A stretch of DNA of 64,000 nucleotides from a virus. The notes beneath the pieces are model-generated. The model was not told where the DNA came from. It was given only the letters and a program-made list of their open reading frames with translations, and ran no database searches. The position numbers and the translations under genes are program-made. Positions within the stretch are counted from its first letter, which is position 1. Every line of letters starts with the position of its first letter. The stretch covers positions 10,563 to 74,562 of the IMG/VR virus record IMGVR_UViG_3300050821_013910; one strand, 5' to 3'. Below, piece after piece: positions 9,188-17,232 of the stretch.

Positions 9188-10963
9188 ATCGCCAACGTCT
9201 TCATGATCGCCAACCCCTCGCGCAAGAGCGCGAAGCAGGAGCACATCGATCCGAGGGCGAGGCATCTAGAGGACTGGATACAAGCGTCTGACTCCGCGCG
9301 CAACAAGGCATTGGGAGAGGGCTTCGCTAAGGCTGCGGAAGATTTGTATAACCTCAGCGACGCCATGACGCCGGGGCCTGTCTACAGGCCTTCCTTAAGC
9401 ATCCCCATGCTGCAAAGAATAATGCTGGAGGAGTCCAACCAAGTCAGCAGCCTGAGTCCGCGTATGTACGTCTTCCCGTCGGCGGGCTCCTCCGATCCTT
9501 CCTACAGCGGTGCCCAGCAAGCCGACCCTTCTCTCCCCTCTACTACTTCGCGTGACTTAGCGCGTGAAGTGTCCCTCCAGGCGCAGTGGCAGATCAGCAA
9601 GATGAACTTGCACCTGCTGATGGCCGGACTAACTGCCCGGTATTGTGGAGCTGGCTGGATAGTCTCGGGGTTTGATCCTGACTTGAGTCGCGCTCGCGGG
9701 GGCATGTGGGCTCGATCTATTGATCCCCGGCTGGTGTTTTTTGATCCTGGGACCGACTACACCTGGAACCCCTCCTACGCTGGCTGGCGGACTTGGATGA
9801 ACCTCGAAGACGTCCGGCTGAAATGGCCCGAGACCTCCCGCGCCGTCCAGCCCAAGCACACCTCGGGCGGGTTCCAGCCTTTCTCGGGGGACTCAGGTTA
9901 TGGTATCTCGCAGCCGCCCGGCCCGATGTCGTCGATGCCCTCGGCCTCGGGCCAGAACGCCAAGACTCAGGTAAGCGAATCGCGAGTCTTAGTAACCCAC
10001 TGCTTCTGTCGCGACTACACCCGCGTTCAGGTCGAGAAGCCGGATGTGCCGCAGACCTCGCTCATTGATCCAGAGGTCCGGCTGAAGTATCCCAATGGCA
10101 GGTGGATCGTGGAGGCAGAAGGCGTTATCCTCCAGGACGGCGACAATCCCTACCCACCGCGGCGCGATCTCATGGCCCCGACCTTTCCGCTGTTCCCGAA
10201 CTGGGTCCTCCCTCCCCTCTTCGGACCCTGGGGCATCCCCGTCACCCGCATGACCGAAAACCTCCAGCGCCTGGCCCAGCGCTTCTACACCCAGATCTTC
10301 GAGAACGGCCTCCGGATGAACAACGGGGTATGGTTCATCGATGAGAACACCGGGATCGACATCGACGGGTTCGGCGGGCTGCCTGGCGAAGTCTGCACGA
10401 TCAAGCCGGGGTCGCGCATTCCCTCGACCGTCACCCCTAACGCGATGGGAGCCGGAGCGCTGCAGGGGGCCGAGAAACTCCTTGCCCTCCAGAACGACTG
10501 CCTCGGGTTCTCAGCCAGCCGCCAGGGCGAGCCGGGCGCGGGGAACGTCTCGACCGACCTTTTCGACAGCGCTGTCCTCCAGTCCTCCGGTCTCCTCCAA
10601 CTGGCCGGCCGGTTCCTCGCCGAGACAGCCGAGTCGATCGGCAGTTTCATGTTCGACACCATGTGCAAGTACCAGCAGAAATCCACTCTAGCCTACAAGG
10701 GACCGGAAGGAATTTCCCTAGCCAGTTGGAACGGTCAGGTTGATCCGATGACTTATGACCTTGCACTGGACGATGCCAGCGTGCGCCCGCTGAGTGAGGC
10801 AGTTATCAGAAAAATCACGCCTGACCTGATGAAATCTGGAGTTGTAAGTCCCGAGCGCGGACTCCGCACCCTCGGCTATCCCGATCCCGAAGGTGTTTCT
10901 CGCGAGCAGGAAACTTCGCAGGCCCTAGCTGCACTAGCCAAAGTCAGATCAGGCAGGAAATGA
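9188..10963 (+). CDS. portal protein (P22/T7-like); probable ATC start, first ATG 9203
   Basis: About 590 aa after TerL; SIDPRLVFFDP, ILQDGDNPYP and PWGIPV segments typical of podovirus portals. Confidence 0.8.
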   Translation: MANVFMIANPSRKSAKQEHIDPRARHLEDWIQASDSARNKALGEGFAKAAEDLYNLSDAMTPGPVYRPSLSIPMLQRIMLEESNQVSSLSPRMYVFPSAGSSDPSYSGAQQADPSLPSTTSRDLAREVSLQAQWQISKMNLHLLMAGLTARYCGAGWIVSGFDPDLSRARGGMWARSIDPRLVFFDPGTDYTWNPSYAGWRTWMNLEDVRLKWPETSRAVQPKHTSGGFQPFSGDSGYGISQPPGPMSSMPSASGQNAKTQVSESRVLVTHCFCRDYTRVQVEKPDVPQTSLIDPEVRLKYPNGRWIVEAEGVILQDGDNPYPPRRDLMAPTFPLFPNWVLPPLFGPWGIPVTRMTENLQRLAQRFYTQIFENGLRMNNGVWFIDENTGIDIDGFGGLPGEVCTIKPGSRIPSTVTPNAMGAGALQGAEKLLALQNDCLGFSASRQGEPGAGNVSTDLFDSAVLQSSGLLQLAGRFLAETAESIGSFMFDTMCKYQQKSTLAYKGPEGISLASWNGQVDPMTYDLALDDASVRPLSEAVIRKITPDLMKSGVVSPERGLRTLGYPDPEGVSREQETSQALAALAKVRSGRK

Positions 10964-11283
10964 GGAAGACAGCCATGCAGACTCCCGTCGCCGACCAACC
11001 CGCCCCCTCGCGACCCCGACCACACCCACACGTTCCTGTTCGGGAGGAGACAGAGATGGAGTCGGCCTCCGCCTTGGCTTCCCCCGCCCGCTCTGTCCCT
11101 CCTCATTCGTGGAAGGGACATTGGCTATCCGCGCGAGAATTTGCCGGAGTAATGAACCGTAAGGAACAAACTATCTACAAATGGGCGCGGATTGGAACCT
11201 TGGCGGAATTCCAAATTTCTGTATGTAAGTTTCAAGGACGTAAGCCGCACACGGCTAGGTTATGGATTCTTAATCCATTCTAG
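10960..11283 (+). CDS. helix-turn-helix (excisionase/MerR-like) DNA-binding protein
   Basis: WLSAREFAGVMNRKEQTIYKWARIG. Confidence 0.65.
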   Translation: MRKTAMQTPVADQPAPSRPRPHPHVPVREETEMESASALASPARSVPPHSWKGHWLSAREFAGVMNRKEQTIYKWARIGTLAEFQISVCKFQGRKPHTARLWILNPF

Positions 11284-11303
11284 CCGTGCTTGGCATCCCT
11301 ACT

Positions 11304-11553
11304 CAACCGATCCTGAACCCAACCGATCCTGACCCGACCGGACCCAACCTGACAACTACCACTCCATGCCTCCAGCGAACCTTGTCAGACCAGAGACTGC
11401 CATAGCGGACCCGTTGGACCCCACACAACCACTCCATGCCTATGCAAGCCTGACCGGCCTTTCGGCCCGTTCCACGCCTTGTCGATCCTTGACTTGCCGT
11501 ATCCAGTCTCGCACCAACTCTCCGCGTTTGTCCTTGTACAACCACGCCAAGGC
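11304..11553 (-). ncRNA. GGY-NN pentamer array 2, candidate guide RNA(s) split by a GGCC-GAAA-GGCC hairpin
   Basis: 17 in-phase pentamers at 11553-11469, hairpin 11456-11467, then about 30 pentamers with a few 1-nt slips. Confidence 0.7.
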
Positions 11554-11556
11554 GGA

Positions 11557-12195
11557 TTATTTTAACTCGACCACGTTGAACGATGTAACTTGGAAGCGTC
11601 CAAAACTAGGACGAAAATCACCTACTCCGACGATCCTTCCTGCGTAAGCAAGTGTCTCATGCAGCATTCGATGGTCGATGTACTCCGGCAGAAGAACTTG
11701 CAAACTTACTTTGCATTTCCAACCTGCAAGCATGGCCGGACGAACGCGCGTGATTCCATTGCGTTGAATAACTACACGCCGCTGGTCGAGGTAGTCAGGT
11801 TCCTTGACTCCGAGGGAGCAGAGTTCTCCGATGGTGCAAATTCCAGCTTTGAACAAGTCCATCGCTGACTTCCTTGGTGAGCGCGGGTCCTGTCGGAACT
11901 TTGACGCACCAATAATACTCATGCGGAAGTATTCAGATGGAATCGCAAGAAGTCCCTTCACGTCGCGGTACAGATAGCTCTCGATGTTATCCGACTTCTT
12001 CGCCGCCGACCCCTTTTTGCTTGCCGCCTTCTCGGCAACGGCCTCACAACTCCAGCGATGGAAGAGGATCGACGCCGTGCCTTCAATCTCAGCCTCGATC
12101 ATGTAAGGGGACGATAGCTCGATGTCGTCCTTTGCATCGTTCGTGGTGTTACTCAGTGCTGTTGCCTTGGTTGCCATTTCTTTCTCTTGCTCCAT
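11557..12195 (-). CDS. solo Cas7/RAMP-like protein
   Basis: N-terminal strand IEAEIEGTASILFH, LAIPSEYFRMSI (cf. Cas7/Csm3 PxIPGSSxKG), C-terminal Gly-rich loop GVGDFRPSFGRF; alternative start ATG 12177. Confidence 0.75.
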   Translation of the reverse strand: MEQEKEMATKATALSNTTNDAKDDIELSSPYMIEAEIEGTASILFHRWSCEAVAEKAASKKGSAAKKSDNIESYLYRDVKGLLAIPSEYFRMSIIGASKFRQDPRSPRKSAMDLFKAGICTIGELCSLGVKEPDYLDQRRVVIQRNGITRVRPAMLAGWKCKVSLQVLLPEYIDHRMLHETLAYAGRIVGVGDFRPSFGRFQVTSFNVVELK

Positions 12196-12208
12196 TCCTT
12201 GATTCGTA

Positions 12209-12273
12209 GTGCCTTGCCCAAACTAGCCACGTCTTGTCAAAACATGCCAATCCGTACCCGGACCCGCCGAGCC
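12209..12273 (-). ncRNA. GGY-NN pentamer array 1, candidate guide RNA
   Basis: Exactly 13 x 5 nt, all starting with G: ggctc ggcgg gtccg ggtac ggatt ggcat gtttt gacaa gacgt ggcta gtttg ggcaa ggcac. Confidence 0.7.
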
Positions 12274-12274
12274 A

Positions 12275-12412
12275 TTAGAGTTTGTACTTCCGTGCGAGTT
12301 CTCGAAGCGCCAGTTCAATGACCGCCGAACGCTTGAGTCCAAGCACCCTTGAGAGTTGGATCAGGAGGTTCAATCCAACTTGCCCTAGTCGGATACTTGT
12401 AGGAGAACTCAT
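12275..12412 (-). CDS. ribbon-helix-helix (CopG-like) regulator, 45 aa, leaderless (not in ORF track)
   Basis: MSSPTSIRLGQVGLNLLIQLSRVLGLKRSAVIELALRELARKYKL. Confidence 0.75.
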   Translation of the reverse strand: MSSPTSIRLGQVGLNLLIQLSRVLGLKRSAVIELALRELARKYKL

Positions 12413-12418
12413 ACTGGA

Positions 12419-12447
12419 AATGTAGTGAATATGCGCTACAAAGTCAA
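12419..12447 (-). promoter_or_regulatory. sigma70 promoter with overlapping operator palindrome
   Basis: TTGACT-17-TACATT, ATG 6 nt downstream; TGTAG-N10-CTACA inverted repeat at 12421-12440. Confidence 0.75.
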
Positions 12448-12459
12448 GAGTTTTTTATA

Positions 12460-12507
12460 CAGTGTTATCCCACCCCTGCGCCCTTCTCCCTCCCCTCGCC
12501 GTACCAT
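12460..12507 (+). promoter_or_regulatory. candidate late promoter (TGTTAT box, TACCAT -10)
   Basis: TGTTAT starts 39 nt before the -10 hexamer, as at 8193/8232. Confidence 0.5.
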
Positions 12508-12570
12508 TGTCCTCAATCACCCCCGCCCTTCCAGCACCTCCGGTCGTGCGCGTGTGAAAGGAGAATCATC

Positions 12571-12624
12571 ATGTACGAATTCAAGGATCGTCGCAAGAAG
12601 CGGCACGAAGGCAAACGCCGGTAG
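12571..12624 (+). CDS. basic micro-peptide MYEFKDRRKKRHEGKRR
   Basis: AAGGAG SD at canonical spacing. Confidence 0.55.
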   Translation: MYEFKDRRKKRHEGKRR

Positions 12625-12694
12625 TCCGGCCTTGCCCTTCCCACCCGCCCTCTTCGTCGCCCAACCAACTTCCCCGGAAGGAGCCTGATCCCAG

Positions 12695-12823
12695 ATGGCC
12701 GGACATCCCTCGAAATCATCCGCCCGCGTCGTCAAGGACTACCTCCAGCCCAAGAAGTTCCTGCGCGACATGCGTGCCAAGGCCGCCAAGTATTCGCACT
12801 CGCGGACTCGGAAGCGGACCTAG
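12695..12823 (+). CDS. basic peptide (42 aa)
   Basis: AAGGAG SD; MAGHPSKSSARVVKDYLQPKKFLRDMRAKAAKYSHSRTRKRT. Confidence 0.6.
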   Translation: MAGHPSKSSARVVKDYLQPKKFLRDMRAKAAKYSHSRTRKRT

Positions 12824-12945
12824 CTCATCCCGGAGACGGTAGCGTTGCCCTTCGCACCCCGTCTTCTTAGCCAGCCCCGGCGACCAGTCCGACTAACTCT
12901 CTGACTGACTCGACCTCGGGCAACCCGGAGCGAAGGAGGTACGCC

Positions 12946-13002
12946 ATGGCGGCTCGTGGTGGTAGGCGATCCAAGCGTCGGCGCACCGCCGCTCGCAAGT
13001 AG
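12946..13002 (+). CDS. protamine-like micro-peptide MAARGGRRSKRRRTAARK
   Basis: Perfect AAGGAGGT SD. Confidence 0.6.
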   Translation: MAARGGRRSKRRRTAARK

Positions 13003-13180
13003 GGCCAGACCGGATAACCAGTCTGGGCCATTCGGCGGCGAGGTGGGAACTGGTGGGGGACTAGACCTCATCCCTTCCGCCGAAAGTGTTCGATGCGCAA
13101 GACAGGAGTGCGGGCGGGACAGGCTGGAGCAATCCGATCTGACCCGCCGGACTCCCAACCCAACCCGGAGGGAGACTCCT

Positions 13181-13336
13181 ATGCACGGAATGAGAATGAA
13201 GCCGCAGCCTGGCGGCACCGGCACCAAGGCCACCAGCACCAAGCACACTATGCAGGAGCACCATCGTAACGAGGTGCCCAAGATGAAGGGCCGCGTGGAC
13301 CGGCGCGTAGGCCGGAGCCGGATCGGCCGCAGGTAG
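13181..13336 (+). CDS. basic peptide (51 aa)
   Basis: GGAGGGAG SD; ends KGRVDRRVGRSRIGRR. Confidence 0.6.
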   Translation: MHGMRMKPQPGGTGTKATSTKHTMQEHHRNEVPKMKGRVDRRVGRSRIGRR

Positions 13337-13353
13337 GCGGCAGGCAGCGAGCA

Positions 13354-13417
13354 GCAACCGAGTAGCAACCGAGTAGCAGGCAGCAACCAGCGGAACCAGC
13401 GGAACCAGCGGAACCAA
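13354..13417 (+). repeat. short tandem repeats (GCAACCGAGTA x2; AACCAGCGG x3)
   Basis: Directly visible in the intergenic sequence. Confidence 0.8.
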
Positions 13418-13430
13418 GGAGGAACAGCAG

Positions 13431-13628
13431 ATGGCTAGGGAAAAAGAAGGCCTAGGGGTAAATTTCGACACCGAGATTTTGAAGAGTCCATTGACAGTGG
13501 GTAGAACAGGCAACGAGCCCGGCCCCGACGTCAACAACACCCCGGTCGCCCGGCCCAAGGACCCCCTCGGCCTGATCCCTGAAGGCGGGGACAAGCCGTA
13601 CTGGTCGGACAACAAGTACAAGCCGTAA
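13431..13628 (+). CDS. hypothetical protein (head module)
   Basis: AAGGAGG SD. Confidence 0.7.
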   Translation: MAREKEGLGVNFDTEILKSPLTVGRTGNEPGPDVNNTPVARPKDPLGLIPEGGDKPYWSDNKYKP

Positions 13629-13651
13629 GCGCGGACCACTGACCCCCTCCG

Positions 13652-14197
13652 ATGGCCACCCCTCCCAATCCCGCTCTCGCCCAGATGATGGCCCGGCAGC
13701 TGATCCAGAAGATTGCTGGCGCTGGGGGCGGTCCTCCTGCGGGCGGTCCCCCGGCCGGCCCCGGTGGCCCTCTGCCTCCTCCGCCAGGGATGATGGGCGC
13801 GGGCGGTCCCGGTGCGGGTCCCGGAGCAGGCGGTCCAGGTGGACCCGGTGGTGGTCCTCCCGGTCCCGGCTCCCCTCCGACCACTCCCGCCGGCCTCCAG
13901 TTGTCGCAGCAACTGGCCGAACTCCAGGGCGCCGACCCCGACGCCATGGTCAAGTCCCTCACCTCGATCAAGTCCGTTGCCGTCTCCCTCTACACCCGCG
14001 CCGCCTTCACCCTCCCCGGCGTCACGCGCAACCTCGCTCAGGTGGTCAAGTACCTCGACAACTCGATCCAGGAAGCGGAGAAGGCAGCCGCTGCTACCGC
14101 TGCCGCCGGACCAATCGCCAACAACGCGGCCATCCCCAATCCCAGCGGTCAGAACGGGTCGGCACCCGTGGCAGGGATGATGATCCAGCCCCAGTAG
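13652..14197 (+). CDS. Gly/Pro-rich hypothetical protein (head module)
   Basis: Low-complexity N-half, helical C-half, high GC3. Confidence 0.7.
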   Translation: MATPPNPALAQMMARQLIQKIAGAGGGPPAGGPPAGPGGPLPPPPGMMGAGGPGAGPGAGGPGGPGGGPPGPGSPPTTPAGLQLSQQLAELQGADPDAMVKSLTSIKSVAVSLYTRAAFTLPGVTRNLAQVVKYLDNSIQEAEKAAAATAAAGPIANNAAIPNPSGQNGSAPVAGMMIQPQ

Positions 14198-14216
14198 CAG
14201 CAGGAAGGAACCAGCG

Positions 14217-14480
14217 ATGCACTACAAAAACGGACGCGAGGCGAAGAACGGCGACAAGGTCGTCCTGTTCCCCTCCTATGGCCTACCAATCGTAGGTATC
14301 CTCTACGATGCGGTGGCAGGCAACGACTATTGCAACGGCCATATCGCCGTGACCTACCAGAACGATCCCTGCCCGAACCTCAAAGAGTGCCTTCACCTCG
14401 ACGACGTGCTTGGCATCATTCCGCCGGATGTCCCGGACAGGTCCGCCGCGCCAACCAGCGCTGTACCGGTCGCAAGCTAA
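14217..14480 (+). CDS. hypothetical protein
   Basis: AAGGA SD; MHYKNGREAKNGDKVV. Confidence 0.7.
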   Translation: MHYKNGREAKNGDKVVLFPSYGLPIVGILYDAVAGNDYCNGHIAVTYQNDPCPNLKECLHLDDVLGIIPPDVPDRSAAPTSAVPVAS

Positions 14481-14501
14481 CTCGAAAGAAGGAGTCCCCC
14501 G

Positions 14502-15488
14502 ATGGCCTTGAAAGACATCCTCTCGAACGCCAAGTACGCCGACGACATGATCCTCAATCTCCCCGACGGCTCCACCGTTCAAGTCGGCGAGATACGCGCC
14601 CTGCCCGCCGCCGAGCGCGCGGCCCTGACCTCCCAGATCGAGCAGCGCCAGTCCACTCTGGGTCAGGCGGAACTGGCTTTCGCGGCCAAGTTTCAGGAAG
14701 CGGTCCGGGCAGGCTGGCTGGCGCAGGACGGCAGGATCGTTCCCCCTCAGTCGACCACCACGACCACCACCCCCGCCATAACCACCACTTCCACCACGGC
14801 CGACCTCCGCCGTGCCGCCGCCGCCGAGTACAACCTCGACGAGAACGACCCTCTCCTCGGCCCGGTCGTCAAAGCGATGAAGCAGGAATTGGCCGAGCGG
14901 GACAAGACGCTGACCGAGTTGAAGACCAAGCTCGACGCCCTCCCCTCCCAGTTCGACTCCCTCAAGACCACCCTGACCGACTCCCTGAGCAAGGTCACCG
15001 GCGTCGTCAACACCTCGGTCGGCCGCTACCTGAACGACACCTACCAGCAGCAATTCGCCGCCGCCACCAAGGACCTCCCCGCCGCCGTCAAGGTCGACTA
15101 CGAGACCGCCTTCAAATACGCCTCGGAGAGGAACCTCAAGGACAAGGACGGGTTCCTCCAGATCGACGCGGCGGTGGACCGGCTGACCTGGGACCAGCGG
15201 AAGAAGGCGGAACTGGACAAGGAACGCGCCGACCTGATCGCCAAGACCACCCGCGAGCTGGAGGAGAAGAACAAGCTGGCTTCGCTGACCCCGCCCCAGT
15301 CGCTCTCCCTCCTCCACCAGTCGGCCAAGCCCAAGGACGGCGATTTCGTCCCCTACAACGAGCGCACCGACTCCAAGGGGAACAAGGTCCGCGCAGTCAA
15401 GTCGTTCGAGGAAGCAATGTCCGAGGCGATGTCGGACGAGGACGTGCTGAAGTCGGCTATGGCGACGGCCTCGGGAGTGATTCAGTAG
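14502..15488 (+). CDS. capsid scaffolding protein (putative)
   Basis: Coiled-coil protein immediately upstream of the capsid gene; AAGGAG SD. Confidence 0.55.
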   Translation: MALKDILSNAKYADDMILNLPDGSTVQVGEIRALPAAERAALTSQIEQRQSTLGQAELAFAAKFQEAVRAGWLAQDGRIVPPQSTTTTTTPAITTTSTTADLRRAAAAEYNLDENDPLLGPVVKAMKQELAERDKTLTELKTKLDALPSQFDSLKTTLTDSLSKVTGVVNTSVGRYLNDTYQQQFAAATKDLPAAVKVDYETAFKYASERNLKDKDGFLQIDAAVDRLTWDQRKKAELDKERADLIAKTTRELEEKNKLASLTPPQSLSLLHQSAKPKDGDFVPYNERTDSKGNKVRAVKSFEEAMSEAMSDEDVLKSAMATASGVIQ

Positions 15489-15611
15489 TCCGGTAGTTCG
15501 AGCAGCACCGCCAGTTTTCCCTTGAGGCCGTGACCCTTTCCGACCTCCTGACCTCCACCCACCAACCCGTCGGCGACCTCCCCCCGTTCGCTCGACCCAG
15601 GAGTGATTGAA

Positions 15612-16598
15612 ATGGCCAACAGCGTCGTAGGTCTCGGCCTGGCATCGCCGCCGGTTCAACTCTCGAATACAGTAAACGCCATCTCGCAGAAGTTTATCGT
15701 CCCGGTCCTCGGGGATAACGTCTTCAAGCCTTCCCCCGTGTTCTGGGCTCTCACCCGCGAGGGGAAGCGATTCGGGGCCGGGGAACTCATCTTCCCTGAG
15801 ATCTACCAGGAAGAACTCCCAGGCGGCGCCTACTACGGCGACCAGCTCCTGGACACCTCGGTCGTCGATTCGGTCCAGCCGGCCAACCAACAGTGGAAGC
15901 CCTACCGCCAGCCGGTGGTGATCCCCATCACCGACATCATCCTCAACCGCGGCGGCTCGAACAACCTGGACATCATCCGCGCCAAGTTCCAGACCGCCTC
16001 TGGGTCCTTCCTCCAGAAGCTCTCCCGCGCCCTCTGGCACACCTCCCCCCAGAATACCTCTCTCGATATCGACGATCTGAACGCCTGGGTGGTGACCACC
16101 ACCAACACGATCGCCGGGATCTCGCGCGCTTCCTCGGCCAATGCCTGGTGGCTCGCTGCAACCGCTGTCTCGGGAGGTTCCGCGGCCCTCACCTCCGCCG
16201 TCGCCGAACCCGGCTACCAGTCCGTCACCTGGGGCTACGACGAGCCCGACCTGTTCGTGATGCCCCGCGCCTCCTACGCCGCGTTCAAGGGGAACTTCGT
16301 CACCAATATCCGGTTCGGGCAGGGGATGCAGGACGACGAGGCCCTGCAGGTCGGCTTCCGCAACCACTTCCTGTTCAACAATGCGGTCACGGTCGCCGAC
16401 TACTTCGCCACCGCCAACCAGGCCCTCCTGCTGAACTCCAAGTACATCTTCCCGGTGTTCCACGAGGCCGACTACTTCAATGTCGATCCGTTCCTGAAGC
16501 CGAGCAACCAGCGCGTTCTGGTCTCGTGCATGTATTTGACATGGAACCTCTCCTGTATCTCGCCCCGCATGAACGTGGCCTTCACGTCGATCACGTAG
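15612..16598 (+). CDS. major capsid protein
   Basis: 328 aa, very strong codon bias, position after scaffold, DNVFKPSPVF...TIAGISR pattern of HK97-fold coat proteins. Confidence 0.8.
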   Translation: MANSVVGLGLASPPVQLSNTVNAISQKFIVPVLGDNVFKPSPVFWALTREGKRFGAGELIFPEIYQEELPGGAYYGDQLLDTSVVDSVQPANQQWKPYRQPVVIPITDIILNRGGSNNLDIIRAKFQTASGSFLQKLSRALWHTSPQNTSLDIDDLNAWVVTTTNTIAGISRASSANAWWLAATAVSGGSAALTSAVAEPGYQSVTWGYDEPDLFVMPRASYAAFKGNFVTNIRFGQGMQDDEALQVGFRNHFLFNNAVTVADYFATANQALLLNSKYIFPVFHEADYFNVDPFLKPSNQRVLVSCMYLTWNLSCISPRMNVAFTSIT

Positions 16599-16680
16599 CC
16601 CCGAGCCGGGACGAGGGGGCAGACTGGGCCTACCCAGATTCAACCCCCTCCTCCCTCCCCTACTGAAGGAGATACTCACC

Positions 16681-17115
16681 ATGGCACTCCCGTTCAACAA
16701 CCCAGTCTCCCAGTGCATGCCGGGGTTCGGCTCGCCCTCGTACTACGGATCGGCCACCTCGGGCACCTCGAACACCTCCGCCGTTACGATCATCATCGGG
16801 AACACGGCCACCACGCCCTCGACGGGCGGCACCGGCTTCAACCTCTCGGGCGGCCCCAACCCGACCTCAGGCAAGTGGCACATCCGCATGGTGAACGCGA
16901 CCTCGACCTCGGTGATGTCCCTCGCTGTCCAGGTCACTGACGGCAACACCCTCGTGACCGTTGCGACCATTCCCGTCGCGGCGGCCGGAGGGTTCGTCGA
17001 CTACACCGGCGAGTTCAAGACCGACGTGAGTATCACGCAGGTCTGGTTCAACGTCGGGCTGTCGACCGGGACGAGCACGCTGGTGCCGATCGACGCTGAG
17101 GTTTCGCTCGTGTAG
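16681..17115 (+). CDS. virion structural protein (capsid decoration-like)
   Basis: S/T/G-rich beta protein right after the capsid gene; AAGGAG SD. Confidence 0.5.
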   Translation: MALPFNNPVSQCMPGFGSPSYYGSATSGTSNTSAVTIIIGNTATTPSTGGTGFNLSGGPNPTSGKWHIRMVNATSTSVMSLAVQVTDGNTLVTVATIPVAAAGGFVDYTGEFKTDVSITQVWFNVGLSTGTSTLVPIDAEVSLV

Positions 17116-17232
17116 GACGGGCTGGTCCGAGCCGTCTAACTAATCGTGCTGCGCCTACTGCCTATAATCGGCCAGCGTCCTGCCTGACCGGGAGACGCTG
17201 GCCATTTTTCGTAGGAGGAAGGAGAGTCTACT

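Noticed and set aside
11303-11647. ORFs 11303..11545 (-) and 11366..11647 (+) as proteins
   Set aside because: Their low-complexity translations are by-products of the pentamer array; no SD or codon bias.
11304-12273. Canonical CRISPR array beside the Cas7-like gene
   Set aside because: There are no 25-45 bp identical repeats with unique spacers; periodicity is 5 nt, so it is reported as a different array type.
14283-16718. 811-aa minus-strand ORF and similar long antisense ORFs (e.g. 18636..19721, 24650..25570)
   Set aside because: These are shadow frames of strongly GC3-biased plus-strand genes with no recognisable motifs.
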